Under the pieces are notes generated by a model. It saw only the letters and a program-made list of their open reading frames with translations, did not search any database and had not been told where the DNA came from. DNA of 64,000 nt from contig NC_043008.1 in NCBI RefSeq assembly GCF_006345805.1, forward strand, positions 70,742,001 to 70,806,000. The letters run 5' to 3'. The position numbers were made by a program, and so were the translations under genes. Source of the stretch: Octopus sinensis (Eukaryota). This document shows positions 13,311 to 24,780 of the stretch, in pieces (the stretch's first letter is position 1; each line of letters opens with the position of its first letter).

Positions 13311-13345
13311 TATTATTATCATTATTATTATTATTATTATTATTA

Positions 13346-13383
<38 letters not shown>

Positions 13384-13445
13384 GTTGTTGTTGTTGTTGT
13401 TGTTGTGTTGTTGTTGTTGTGTTGTTGTTGTTATTATTATTATTA

Positions 13446-13490
<45 letters not shown>

Positions 13491-13597
13491 CATTATTATT
13501 ATTGTTGTTGTTGTGTTGTTGTTGTTGTATTATTATCATTATCATTATTATATTATTATTATTATTTTATTATTATTATATTATTATCATTATTATT

Positions 13598-13630
<33 letters not shown>

Positions 13631-13651
13631 ATTATTATTATTATTATTATG

Positions 13652-13717
<66 letters not shown>

Positions 13718-13718
13718 T
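13256..13718. repeat. (ATT)n/(GTT)n compound microsatellite
   Basis: Directly visible. Confidence 0.95.
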
Positions 13719-13721
13719 ATA

Positions 13722-14088
13722 AGGCGGCGAACTTAGCGGTATTTCGTCTGCCGCTATGTTCTGAATTCAAATTCCGCCGAGGTCGACTTTGCCTTTCATC
13801 CTTTCGGGGTCGATTAAATAAGTACTAGTTACGCACTGAGTTCGATGTAATCGACTTAATCCGTTTGTCTGTTCTTGTTTGTCCTCTCTGTGTTTAGCCC
13901 CATGTGGATAGTAAAGAAATAGGTATTTCGTCTATCTTTACGTTCTGAGTTCAAATTCTGCCGCGGTTGACTTTGCCTTTGATTCTTTCGGGGTCGATAA
14001 ATTAAGTACCAGTTGTGTACTGGGGTCGATCTAATCGACTAGCCCCCTCCTCCTAAATTTTGGGTTTTGTATCTATAGTAGAAATGAA
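13722..14088 (+). mobile_element. tRNA-related SINE (family N) dimer, 184-bp period
   Basis: GGTATTTCGTCT..GAGTTCAAATTCCGCCGAGGTCGACTTTGCCTTTCATCCTTTCGGGGTCGAT..AAGTACCAG occurs at 13738 and again at 13922. The centre resembles the Nin/Deu conserved SINE domain, and the copy ends in (ATT)n. Confidence 0.88.
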
Positions 14089-14102
14089 TATTATTATTAT
14101 TA

Positions 14103-15787
14103 TTTATAGTTTCCTTTCATTATAACTTTATTTCAGCTGCCTTAGTACCAGGCATTTTGTTTTGCTAAGCCTGCTAAAATTATCACCACATTTATTCTAT
14201 TTTAGATAGAGAGTGCTTTCCGTAGTATATATATGGGCTGTACCCATCAAGGTTATGTTTTGTAGTTCACGGAGATTTACCAGGGAGTTGATTAATATAG
14301 TTCCCAGCGCTCCAATTGCTACTGGTCATTCTTATTGTTAACTTGTAGGCCAAGAGGCTTTTTACATTTCTTACAAAGCTTCATGACTGAAGCTTGCTTG
14401 GAATCTTCATACTTCAGTTCAGTTCGTAAGAGCACATCACTTGTGGTATTAAAGTGCGTTTCAAGGCTTATTATTGCTGATTTGAAGGATTATTCGAGCT
14501 GTATCAGGCCACTTCCACCTATTTTTCTTGGGAGATATATGCTGTCTGCATCTGATTTTGGATGGTGCGTTCGGTACCTTGTAAGGATTTTACGGATCTT
14601 TCATCCATTTTCTGCATGTCTGTGAGACTCCATTTCATGAAACCGAAGCTATAAGTGGTTACTGGGATGACCAAAGAATTGATCGCATCAGTTCCATTTG
14701 CACCATCCTTATCCTTCGGTAACATTCCTTGCAGATTTTCTCTTTCAGTTTAGATTGCTGGATACCATCACATTCATTGGTTCCCAGATATTAGTATATT
14801 TGAGATTGCTCTGGGTTTCGAATAGCTATGGTAGTATCAAGTTCTATGTTTTCTGCCTTTATGAACTTCCCTGCCTTGAAAGTAGCCTTTGCGCAGTTAA
14901 CAACTCCGAATTCCATACCCATATCATAGCTGAATTCTTTGACAATATTCAGGAGCTCTTCTAATTTGGCAAACAGTTTTAGATCATCCATAGACAGTAG
15001 ATGCTTAAATTTCTGGTCAAATATCTTATGCTCTCTCTTATTCAGTTCCGTATACAATGGGAAAAGAGCGAGGCAGAATAGTAATGGAGAAAATGTGTAA
15101 CCTTAAAAGATACCATAGGCGATATTGACGTCTGGTGAGGTGGTATATAATTGTGTATGGTTTAAAATGAGGCTTGTTCTCCAGGAATTCATGATTACTT
15201 TTAAAAAGTTCACAATTGTTGGAACTATCTTGTAAATTTTCAGGGCCTTGATGATCCATGCATGAGGGACACTGTCAAAAGCCTTCCTGTAATCCATTCA
15301 AGAGGGGCTAAGGTTTCTGCGTTTAGATTTGCAATTTTCAATGCCCAATTTATCAATCAGTAACTGGTCTTTACATCCATATGAACGCCTTTTACATCCC
15401 TTTTGTTCCACTTGAAATAACTTCCCATTGTCCAAGAATTTATATGCTCTATTCGTATATATGGTGGTGAGACATGTTATGGGTCGGTATTTTGGCGGGT
15501 TAGCAGTTTCTTCTGTTTTTGGTAAGAGATACGTAATCCCTTCTGTAAGCCACTTTGGGGCTTTCGTAGAGTTGTACATGACTTCATTTAGTGCTACGGC
15601 AAAGTTGTGGTGAGTTCTCATTAAAGAGTTTAGCCAAAAATTTGGAATCGCATCTATACCTGGGAATTTTCATTTCTTTGACTTCTTTGACTTCTTGTTA
15701 TATCCTGCCATTTTTGATATTTGATTTGGGCATTGGCTTCGTCTATGCCCCAGACCGAATGTGCGTTCTGATTCCCAGTAGGACGGC
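14103..15787 (-). mobile_element. Decayed, 5'-truncated and internally deleted R4/Dong copy
   Basis: Reverse-strand peptides IPNFWLNSL, WLTEGITYLLPKTE..KYRPITCL, QKGCKRRSYGCKDQLLID, DYRKAFDSVPH, SMDDLKLFAK, then a jump to PVAIGALG..TAHI..RKALSI (CCHC and RLE core missing). 3' end AAATAATAAT at ~14103. Confidence 0.92.
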
Positions 15788-15805
15788 ATTATTATTATTA
15801 TTATT

Positions 15806-15838
<33 letters not shown>

Positions 15839-15870
15839 GCTGTTGTTGTTGTTGTTGTTGCTGCTGTTGC

Positions 15871-16148
15871 TATTTACCTTTAATCTGTATGTTTCTTACA
15901 ATCACTTGCGGAGGCACACCCAGCGTCATAGGGCGAGTGAAAGATATGAGATTTATAGTATGACTGAAAGACTGGGGAGAGGAAGTGACTGGGTCAGCAG
16001 CGAAATATCTCCATGTGATACAACACAGACATTTAAATTGATAAGGTTTTTCTAAGGATATGGGTAGTACTTGTCAGCACAATCTTTAAGTTTTCCCCGA
16101 GACAGGATTTTCCTTGGAAGTTGTCTAGATGTTGCTGACATCCCTTTT
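15871..16148 (-). mobile_element. 5'-truncated 3' end of the same Dong subfamily as 8176-12753
   Basis: The reverse complement aligns with 12485-12753 (AAAGGGATGTCAG..GATTGTGCTGACAAGTACT..CATGGAGATATTT..GGGTGTGCC..CAGATTAAAGGTAAAT); flanked by ATT/GTT repeats on both sides. Confidence 0.9.
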
Positions 16149-16192
16149 ATTATTATTGTAATTATTATTATCATCATCATTATTGTCATTGC

Positions 16193-16241
<49 letters not shown>

Positions 16242-16258
16242 TATTATTATTATTATTA

Positions 16259-16470
16259 AGGGGATGAGCTGGCATAAACTTTGCCTCACCGGGCAAAATG
16301 CTTAGGGTATTGCATCCGTTTTTAAGTTCTGAGCTCAAATTCCGCCGAAGTCGACTTTGCCTTTCATCCTTTTGGAGTCGATGAAATGAGTTCCAGTTAC
16401 GCGCTGGGGTCGATGTAATCGACTTGTCTACTCCCCCAACATTTCAGGCCTTCTGCCTATAGTAGAAAGG
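16259..16470 (+). mobile_element. SINE family N monomer with tail B
   Basis: GAGCTGGCA..GAGCTCAAATTCCGCCGAAGTCGACTTTGCCTTTCATCC..GGCCTTCTGCCTATAGTAGAAAGG followed by (ATT)n; also preceded by (ATT)n. Confidence 0.88.
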
Positions 16471-16471
16471 A

Positions 16472-16561
<90 letters not shown>

Positions 16562-16928
16562 GTAGTAGTAGTAGTTGTTGTAACTGTGGTCGTAGTAGAA
16601 GAGAAAAAAAGAAAATATGACAATCAAGTTTAACACCAAATTTAATAAAGCGAATATATTATATACATATTATGCGCTTGTGTCTATATCTGTGATGTAT
16701 GTTTATATTTGAATATGTATGTGTAAATGTGTATTGTTTATTCTACGTACGATGTACGATTGAGTGTTCGTGTATGTAGTAAGTTCCTACATGTAAGTGT
16801 GTATATGTGTGTATGTATATGTGTATGTGTGTATATATTTATGTATGTATGTATGTGTCTATGTGGTATAGCATAAATACCACACCCTCTTCTTTCTGTG
16901 TGTTATGAAAAGATAAAACATCTGTATA

Positions 16929-17040
16929 TAACCTTTCATCTCAAGTGTTTATGTTTAACGGGTAACATTATCTTAACCCGGACCTCAAGCATGTCATACA
17001 AGTCATCTTTTATTCATTACCCCTCTCGTTAAAGGGTTAA
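16929..17040. mobile_element. Possible piggyBac-type MITE relic
   Basis: Right end AAAGGGTTAA (TTAA-CCCTTT inward). A degenerate left end TAACCTTTCA lies at ~16929, with an alternative TTAACCC at 16973. Confidence 0.3.
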
Positions 17041-17351
17041 ATGTTTATACGCCACACCCGTTTTCCTTTTAACAGCATTTATAATTTTCATCATTGCATT
17101 ATTTTCACATTTAATTTAACATTTAAGAATTTTTTCGTCACTATTTTGCTTTCGTTTCCCCTTTACTGACAATATGGTTGACTTGAGATATAAATATATT
17201 TCGTGGGTCGATATTTAACCGACAATGGGTTGAAGCGGAAATGTCAATATTTCGAATCCTAAGAGGGGAATGTATGTATGTATGTATGTATGTATGTATG
17301 TATGTATGTATGTATGTATGTATGAATGTATGTATGTAGGTATGTATGTAT

Positions 17352-17860
17352 GTATGTATGTACGTATACGTCAGTGTGTATTTGTCTCTGTGTTTGTCTT
17401 CCCCACCACTTGACAACCGTTGACAAACAGGTGATGAGCTGGCAGAAAACAGGCGACGAGCTGGCAGAAACGTTAGCATGTCGGGCGAAATGCTTAGCGG
17501 TATTTCGTCTGCCTTTACGTTGTGAGTTCAAATTCTCCCGAGGTCGACTTTGCCTTTCATCCTTTCGGGGTCGATAAATTAAGTACCAGCTACGGACTGG
17601 GGTCAATGTAATCGACTTAATACCTATGTCTGTCCTTGTTTGTCCCTTCTGTGTTTAGCCCTTTGTGGGTAATAAAGAAATAGGTATGTTTACCTCCCCG
17701 TTATCTAACGGTTCGGCTAAAAGAGAACAATATAAAAAATACATAGCAGGCTTAATACAAAATAATTACTAGGGTCGATTCTTTCGACTACAAATTTTTG
17801 AAGACGGTGCCCCAGCAGTCTAATGATTGAAACAAATAAAAGATAAAAAATACAAGATAA
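17352..17860 (+). mobile_element. Microsatellite-containing SINE (family M) 3' part, interrupted by a family N SINE
   Basis: TTTGTCTTCCCCACCACTTGACAACCG | insert | GTTTACCTCCCCG..GGTTCGGCTAAAAGAG..GGGTCGATT..GGTGCCCCAGCA..GAAACAAATAAAAGATAAAA, collinear with 28660-28840 and 45985-46142. Confidence 0.7.
17430..17686 (+). mobile_element. SINE family N with tail A, nested insertion
   Basis: Well-preserved copy GGCGACGAGCTGGCAGAAACGTTAGCATGTCGGGCGAAATGCTTAGCGGTATTTCG..AAAGAAATAGGTAT; the head is duplicated at 17430-17450. Confidence 0.9.
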
Positions 17861-18664
17861 AAGTCAACAAGGATAGGAAAAAAACTGCCACTGTAAATCC
17901 AGCAAATGAGCCAATACGTTGTCAATGAACCTAATACAAATAACGGCTAAATTACCAATCTCACAATATATTTTTTGTCTTAAAACAAGGACACTTTAAA
18001 GAATGTGTTTCTAGTTGTATAAAATGACTAATAGCTAAGTCTGAAATGTACTTGAAGTAAATCAACTTCACCGACTTTGACCTGGAGTTGTTTATATATT
18101 CGTTAAGTAAAATTACAGCCCTATACAAATCAGGTAACAACTTCACTCCGCACAGAAAATGAGGGGCACATTTTAAGTGTACTGACGATTAAGTAGAACC
18201 TTGATTAAAGGCATTCCAGCCGTGATCGTGTCTTTTATTCACACGAAATTTAACTAGAAATAAATTACCCAAAGTTACTTTTGTTTATTTTTACTGACGT
18301 TAGGACATAATTCGAGGTCATTCAACAACACTGAGCTGTTTAGAGTCCAGCTGGATATATATTACGTTTTAGCGTTCAAATGTGTTGCATGTCTTTCAGT
18401 ATCAGAAACAGTAACTCACCTATTAAGAAGCATAACCAACAGTAAACAAATCAGTGTCGTTAATTATTGTCATATGAGTTTTTGTGTTTGCTCGAGTGAT
18501 TATTGGAAAGTCCAGTTTAGTTTGACTGACGTTACTTAAGCTTTGGTATATATATTTTCCAAATCAATGATTAGGAAACACAAGAGCAATTTATTCAAAC
18601 TTCGATTTTCCTTCTCTATCAAGTTATGTGGATATTAATTACAGGACATAATTCTACTGAATGC

Positions 18665-18820
<156 letters not shown>

Positions 18821-19207
18821 TTAAATGTATATATATATATATATATACATGTACATATGTGCGTGTGTGTATCTCTCTCTCTCTACACACACACATATAT
18901 ATAATATATGTGTATATATGTTAATGTATGTATGTATGTATGCATGTGTGTATGTGTGTGTGTTGGGGAACAAAAGTAAGCATGGTAACCCACAGTGTAA
19001 TACTCAAGCAAATAAGAATTTAAATTTAAACCTTTCATACAAGGTGGCTGCCGCCTGTATAGAAATTCAGTTATAAGAACGATTCCCGTCGAAGTTTTGT
19101 AGCTGTAAGGCAGATGAACACGAGTAAACTTAATGATACGAAACACAGAAACGTATTACGGAATAAAGAATGTAAAATAAACGAAATGGGTTATGTATTA
19201 ATACTCA

Positions 19208-19252
19208 TAACTTGATAGCTGTTTCGGTCCTTTTACCATATTCTTCAGAGGC
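19208..19252 (-). ncRNA. Degenerate Penelope-type hammerhead relic
   Basis: Reverse strand CTGAAGA-ATATGGTAAAAGGACC-GAAAC-AGCT-ATC: core boxes are present with a palindromic AGCT stem III loop; stem II is poorly paired and G16.2 is mutated. Confidence 0.45.
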
Positions 19253-19344
19253 TGACATGGCTTTGCCTAACGTATACACAGGAATTTATGTTATTCTATA
19301 CACCTCCGACATCACTGGTGTTTATTATGTATGAACGAGATTAC

Positions 19345-19391
19345 GGCATAAGCCATGGTTCAACCGAAGCAGCTGTCAAGATAAGAATATT
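19345..19391 (+). ncRNA. 3' half of a hammerhead relic, inverted partner of 19208-19252
   Basis: ACCGAAGCAGCTGTCAAGATAAGAATATTA vs reverse-strand ACCGAAACAGCTATCAAGTTATGAGTATTA (about 25/30 identical); the CUGANGA box is lost. Confidence 0.35.
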
Positions 19392-19594
19392 ACCTGATTT
19401 CTTTTGCATATTTTGCGTCCTCTATATCATATTTTGTATTCCATGTAATTATACCCATTAAGCTTACTTGTGTTAATGTGCCTCTTTCTCTCTCTCATCC
19501 CCTCTTTCTGACACACACACTATACACACATATATGTACATACACATATATACTCACATAGATCACATTGATCTCATTGTGGGTAATAATGAAG

Positions 19595-19629
<35 letters not shown>

Positions 19630-19800
19630 GGAAGCAAGCATCTCTTAAACTAGCTTCTATATCGGTGTAATGTGTTTCTGACACTAATCAACTACGCGTC
19701 AAATTATACTTTTCTATGATTCCCTCGCGTATTATTAAGAATATAAATAATTTGATGACAACAACAAAACAGCAACAACAACAACAACAATAACACCACC

Positions 19801-19832
<32 letters not shown>

Positions 19833-20228
19833 CAACAACAATGATGATAATAATCCGACCAATAATGTCAATATAGATTGATTAGTTAATTAGCAACGGG
19901 TGTAGATTAAAATTAAGCTTTCTATACAATTAACAAAACAGATTAATTAACGATATATTTGGATTTACATTTGTTATACCCACATTGAATAAAATTGATT
20001 TTTAAACTTTGGGGTGAAATTGCAGACATTTATAGCAATAGGATATGATCGATTAATCGAGCCAGACCTCCTCATGGTATATTGAGGGAAACTACTTTTA
20101 CATTTTCGACACTTTTCACTTCTACTATCACCCCCACTACTTTCAACATCACCACGATCATTACCATCACCATCACCATCACCATCACTAACACCATCAA
20201 TAATACCACTTTGAAACCTGAGGACGTT

Positions 20229-20448
20229 CCTTTCCTGTCCATAGGCTGGTGCTACAAAATTTGGCACATGGCCGCAACTTCGCGGACGGGGATGAGTCGA
20301 TTACATCAGCCCCAAAGCTCAAATAGTACTTATTTTCTCGACCTCGAAATTGATAAAAGGTAAAATCGACCTCGACGGAACTTGAATTCCGAATATAGGG
20401 ACAGATGAAATACAGCTAAGCATTGCGATTCTGTCAGCTCGCTGCCTT
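20229..20448 (-). mobile_element. SINE family N, decayed
   Basis: Reverse complement of the family N head, the GTCGA..TTT..CCTTT core and tail B. Confidence 0.75.
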
Positions 20449-20544
20449 AAGGTGACACAATATATCGACCTGAGAAGCGCCAGGAAAATCGTGAAAACCT
20501 CAACGTTAATTGAGAGCATCTAAAATTTTAATGTACCTTAACAT

Positions 20545-21075
20545 ATTACTCCTAAGTATTTTTCTAGTCCCACAGTTGTTACACTGTTTGCAGCTTTCTA
20601 TTTGCATCATTGTTCACACATTTTCTATGAGATTGTCTTGTTTATATCGACGTTTGGAGAATGTTGCTAGTTACTGCCTGTTTTTTTGTATCACTAAACA
20701 TCTGATATAATTCAGTTTAGCCGCTAGCTTCTAAGTGAAGTGATCTTCGTTTCTTTATATCTAATATTTTCTTTCTACCATTCAATCCATTTTTTAAATA
20801 TTAATATGAAACTCTTCCAATACTCTTTTGTAATTTCGTCCTTCATTTCTGTATCGTATCTTATCACTTTCATCTACTCTTAACAATTTCTATGAATGGT
20901 TTTGCAATAATTCTTTGATTTCGGTATCTTTCTCTAATTCAATTTTCTCAGTTTTAGCTAATTTGCCGCTTCTTATTGCAACTTTGGCACATTTGTCTAA
21001 TGTCGTACCAATTTTATGTCTTGCCTAGATTTATGAACAACTTTTACTGGCTGTTCCAGATAAGTATTCTCCGTT
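20545..21075 (-). mobile_element. Decayed R4/Dong RT C-terminal fragment
   Basis: Reverse strand TLDKCAKVAIRSGKLAKTEKIELEKDTEIKEL..EMKDEITKEYW..HSPNVDI..MMQIESC..VGLEKYL parallels GLDKCAKATFVRGKL..MKEKIRKEYY..HHPKADVD..MMQLELC in the intact copy; multiple stops and frameshifts. Confidence 0.8.
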
Positions 21076-21077
21076 GA

Positions 21078-21080
21078 TCT

Positions 21081-21121
<41 letters not shown>

Positions 21122-21265
21122 TTCTTCTTCTTTCTTTTCTTCTTCTTCTTCTTCTTCTTTTTCTTTTTCTTCTTCTTCTTCTTCTTCTTCTTTTTCTTTT
21201 TCTTTTTCTTTTTCTTTTTCTTCTTCTTCTTCTTCTTCTTCTTCTTCTTTTTCTTCTTCTTCTTC
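21078..21265. repeat. (TTC)n/(TTTTTC)n polypyrimidine tract
   Basis: Directly visible; source of the poly-K/poly-F ORFs. Confidence 0.95.
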
Positions 21266-21518
21266 GTACTTGTAGCTAGCACGTCACGATATAAAATAGG
21301 ATAGAATCCATTAAATATATGGTTATTGTTATATTAATGATATGACGTCGCTGTATTAATCGTATTAAAGTATCAGGATATTCACTGTACCAATGATATT
21401 GTTAGTAGCACTTTACTGCAATGTGTTTTATATATATATATATATATGCATATGCATATGTGCATAGATATGTATGTGTGCATATGTGCCGGTGCCTCAA
21501 CTTACAGTCATTCATATG

Positions 21519-21599
<81 letters not shown>

Positions 21600-21904
21600 T
21601 GTGTGTGTGTGTGGTTTGTGTGTGTGTGTGTGTTGTTTGTGTGTGTGTGTGTATGTATATTTATATATATGTAATCCAGATGCAAAAATTGTAGCTAACA
21701 CAAGGCGTATAGATTTAGTGTCACGGTTTTGAATTGTTTCTCGTATTCTTGTCATTGTTAATGAACGAGGAGGTATTATGATATAAATACTATGATATGT
21801 TCAATAATTACAACTTGAAAATATATCAGTTGTTTCTTAATAGAAACTGCTGAAAAATAGCAACGACGTTTAGTTTAGGCCAATCCAACATAATATCTTA
21901 TGTT

Positions 21905-22117
21905 CTTTTCTACTCTAAGTTCAAGGCCCGAAATATTTGAGGAGGGGGCCAGTCGAGTAGATCTACCCCAGTGCGTAACTGGAACTTAATTTATTAACTC
22001 CTAAAGGATCAAAGACAAAGTCTACCTCGGCGGAATTTGAATACAGAACGTAAAGGCAGACGAAATACGCTAAGCATTTCGCCCGGTGTGTTAACGTTTC
22101 TACCAGCTCGCTGCCTT
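21905..22117 (-). mobile_element. SINE family N with tail B
   Basis: Plus strand CCTCGGCGGAATTTGAA..CAGAACGTAAAGGCAGACGAAATAC..AAGCATTTCGCCCGG..CCAGCTCGCTGCCTT is the reverse complement of the family N head. Confidence 0.85.
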
Positions 22118-22584
22118 AGAGAATAACTTATATTATTAAATGAATTATCTTTTTAAAATTTCCCTGCCTACATGCTCCTGACAGTTTTTGTGAATCTGAG
22201 ATGGGGAAGCCTAAGGATCGCATCTGTGTATGTATCAGACATATATATTTTGAAATATGCATTAATTTATTGGCCCGGAAAATACGTTGCTATTCAGAAT
22301 ATCTTTTACTTGTTTTATTGATAAGACTGCTCGGGTACATTTTGTATAAATATATATATATACATTGCTTGGCGCTGATATTACTGATATTACGGTAATT
22401 TCCATGACTGCGGTGGTCAACTGGTGCAAATCAGTCAACGTTGCTGACTGTATTATAGTTAAAGCCATGGCTTTTAGGTCTCTTAAGAATTTCTCATTGA
22501 TAACGGCCAAAAAACTAGAAGCTTTGATTTCTGGAAATCCGATAGGTGGCGAATCTTGGCAGATATATTGTTTTTATGACTTTT

Positions 22585-22858
22585 ACCGTTAGAGAGAAAG
22601 CACCTAAAGCTCCACGAGGCTCCAGCAGGGGATGGTGGCGAACCCTGCTCTACTCTTTCACCACAACTTTCTCTCACTCTGTCTTCCTATATTTCAAAAG
22701 GGCCCCACTTGTCACACTGTATGTCATCTCCCCGAGAATTATGTTAAGGGTACACGTGTCTGTGGAGTGCTCAGCCACTTGCATGTTAATTTCACGAGTA
22801 GGCTGTTCCGTTCATCGGATCAACTGGAGCCCTCGTCCTCGTAAGCAACGGAGTGCCA
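22585..22858 (+). mobile_element. 5'-truncated SINE (body A + tail Y)
   Basis: CACCTAAAGCTCCACG..TTTCACCACAACTTTCTCTCACTCT matches 5826-5905; the tail from TATTTCAAAAGGG matches 7950-8122. Confidence 0.8.
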
Positions 22859-22902
22859 TGATATTTATATAGACATATATGTGTGTATGTATGTATGTAT
22901 GT

Positions 22903-22934
<32 letters not shown>

Positions 22935-23696
22935 TGTGTTTATACGTAAAAATACATACACGAACACATGCATATGCACACACGTATGCACGCACTCACG
23001 CACGTACACGCACACTTGTACGTTGATTCACCGGAAAGCAGTAAGTTACAGAACTCAATACATAAATGCAAATTCTTCTTCAATACATTCTTCCTAAAAT
23101 TATGATAATTTGCGCTGTACTGATTTTCAGTTTACCGATTATTCAATGGTAATCCCTCTTCGTATATTGTTGAATTATCCGTTCCTTGAATATATCTTAA
23201 AGTATTTTATGACAGTCATGAAGAAAATGCTTATCTTTATTAATTATTTTTAAATCTTGCGAGCGACACTTCCAGAAATGGTTGCATCTAGCTAACATTT
23301 TTACATTTAATTTCATTTCTGGCATGCGTGGGAATACACTATGCTATGCATCATACTTAAGGTATACACGCTATCGAAAGTATTTTGTGGTATCAAAAAG
23401 GTTTTGCTCTGTAATAATATACCGTATTGATATACTGAGTTAAAAACACAATGAATATCAGGGGGAGAGGAAAGCTAGCCCGAGAATCCACAACCGTGGA
23501 TTCTAGATGTATTTAGACCTTTCGGATAAATAATTATAAATAATTATTTATTTATAACTATGCTTCTTTTGAGTACATTGTATTTTTCTTCAGCCTGGTG
23601 GCTATTCATATGGTTAATGAATGTTTTAATCTCTTGTTCCAATATCTGATGTTGCGGTTTCTCGTCTGAGCATGTGGGTGGCTGCGTGTACATTTC

Positions 23697-23730
23697 ATTG
23701 AAAAGGACCCAAAGGACCGAAATGTTTCTG
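23697..23730 (+). ncRNA. Degenerate minimal hammerhead relic upstream of Penelope RT
   Basis: TTGAAAAGGACCCAAAGGACCGAAATGTT resembles CTGAAGAAGGTCC-loop-GGACCGAAACGTT with several substitutions. Confidence 0.3.
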
Positions 23731-24049
23731 ACAGCTAGCCAGGTTGGTTTTCGCTTCCATCTCATATTTGCTTTTCCACTTGATACTTACTGCATTTAAA
23801 ACAAAAAGTAAGAATATTGGAAATTTTATCTCAGGACAAATACCGCAGTAATTGGTGTATAGACAGTGTGTATGCATTGTGAATTGTACATAGATAGCTA
23901 TTCTAATTTAAAACTGCGTATAATAAATATATGTGCATATACATGTATACACTCACACACACGCACAAAAATACACAAACACACGCAAAGATATACACAC
24001 ACGCACACAAATACACACATAATGAGCAAGGTCATAAATTTATATAGTT

Positions 24050-24780
24050 GGCTATGGTAGAATGTTGGCTATAGTAGAATATCTTGAAATCCGAACTACC
24101 AGCGTGAACTCGATATCAGCGTCATTCTGAACGCTCTCCATTTTGTTGAAGAAGTTCGAAGATATGTTTTGTAATGTTTCCATGAGTAGTTTTGATGGAG
24201 CCAAAATAGCAGAACTCGCTGGATTGTGTCTGCCGAAAGTACTTAAGAACAAATTTCGAGGCGTTAACGTCGGATTGTAATACGATGACAGGCTGAGTGT
24301 AGTAGAAGATAATACCAGCCTTTCCATTGATAAACTAAGGAAAGCATTACTAAGTTCTTTCTAGCAGTATGACATCAAAGTTACATTCATAACCAACCTA
24401 AAGATGGTGTATTTTCTGATCCTGACATTGAACTGAAGGAGAGGCTGACACCGACCATACTATAAACCAATCGAAGACAGTATATACGTCAACAACTGCT
24501 CTAATCACCCACTTAACATCATTCAGCATATAACTGACAATGTAATGAAACGCATGTTCAACCATTTTCAAATAAAGGTATATTCAACAGAGCCATTTCA
24601 TATGATAACGATGTACTGAAAATATGTGACTTCAAAAGTTAAATAAGGTATTTCAAAATGTTCCCATCAAGAAAATTAAATCCGCGGCCAGAAAAGGCTG
24701 GTTCAACCCACCCTACATCAGCCCTGGATCAACTAACATCACTGGATGCTTCCTCAATAAGAAAACACTTCCCTGTCAGT
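24050..24780 (+). pseudogene. Penelope-like element reverse transcriptase relic
   Basis: Plus-strand peptides SMSSFDGAKIAELAGL, GL*YDD, DKLRK, RPYYKP..IYVNNCSNHP..II, WFNPPY..TNI and KHFP match characteristic PLE RT/linker motifs (MGSFDGAE.CELVGL, GLYRDDG, YVN..SNHP, WFNPPYS); many stops and frameshifts. Confidence 0.82.

Noticed and set aside
13150-13828. Poly-Ile/Leu/Tyr/Asn ORFs
   Set aside because: (ATT)n/(GTT)n microsatellite.
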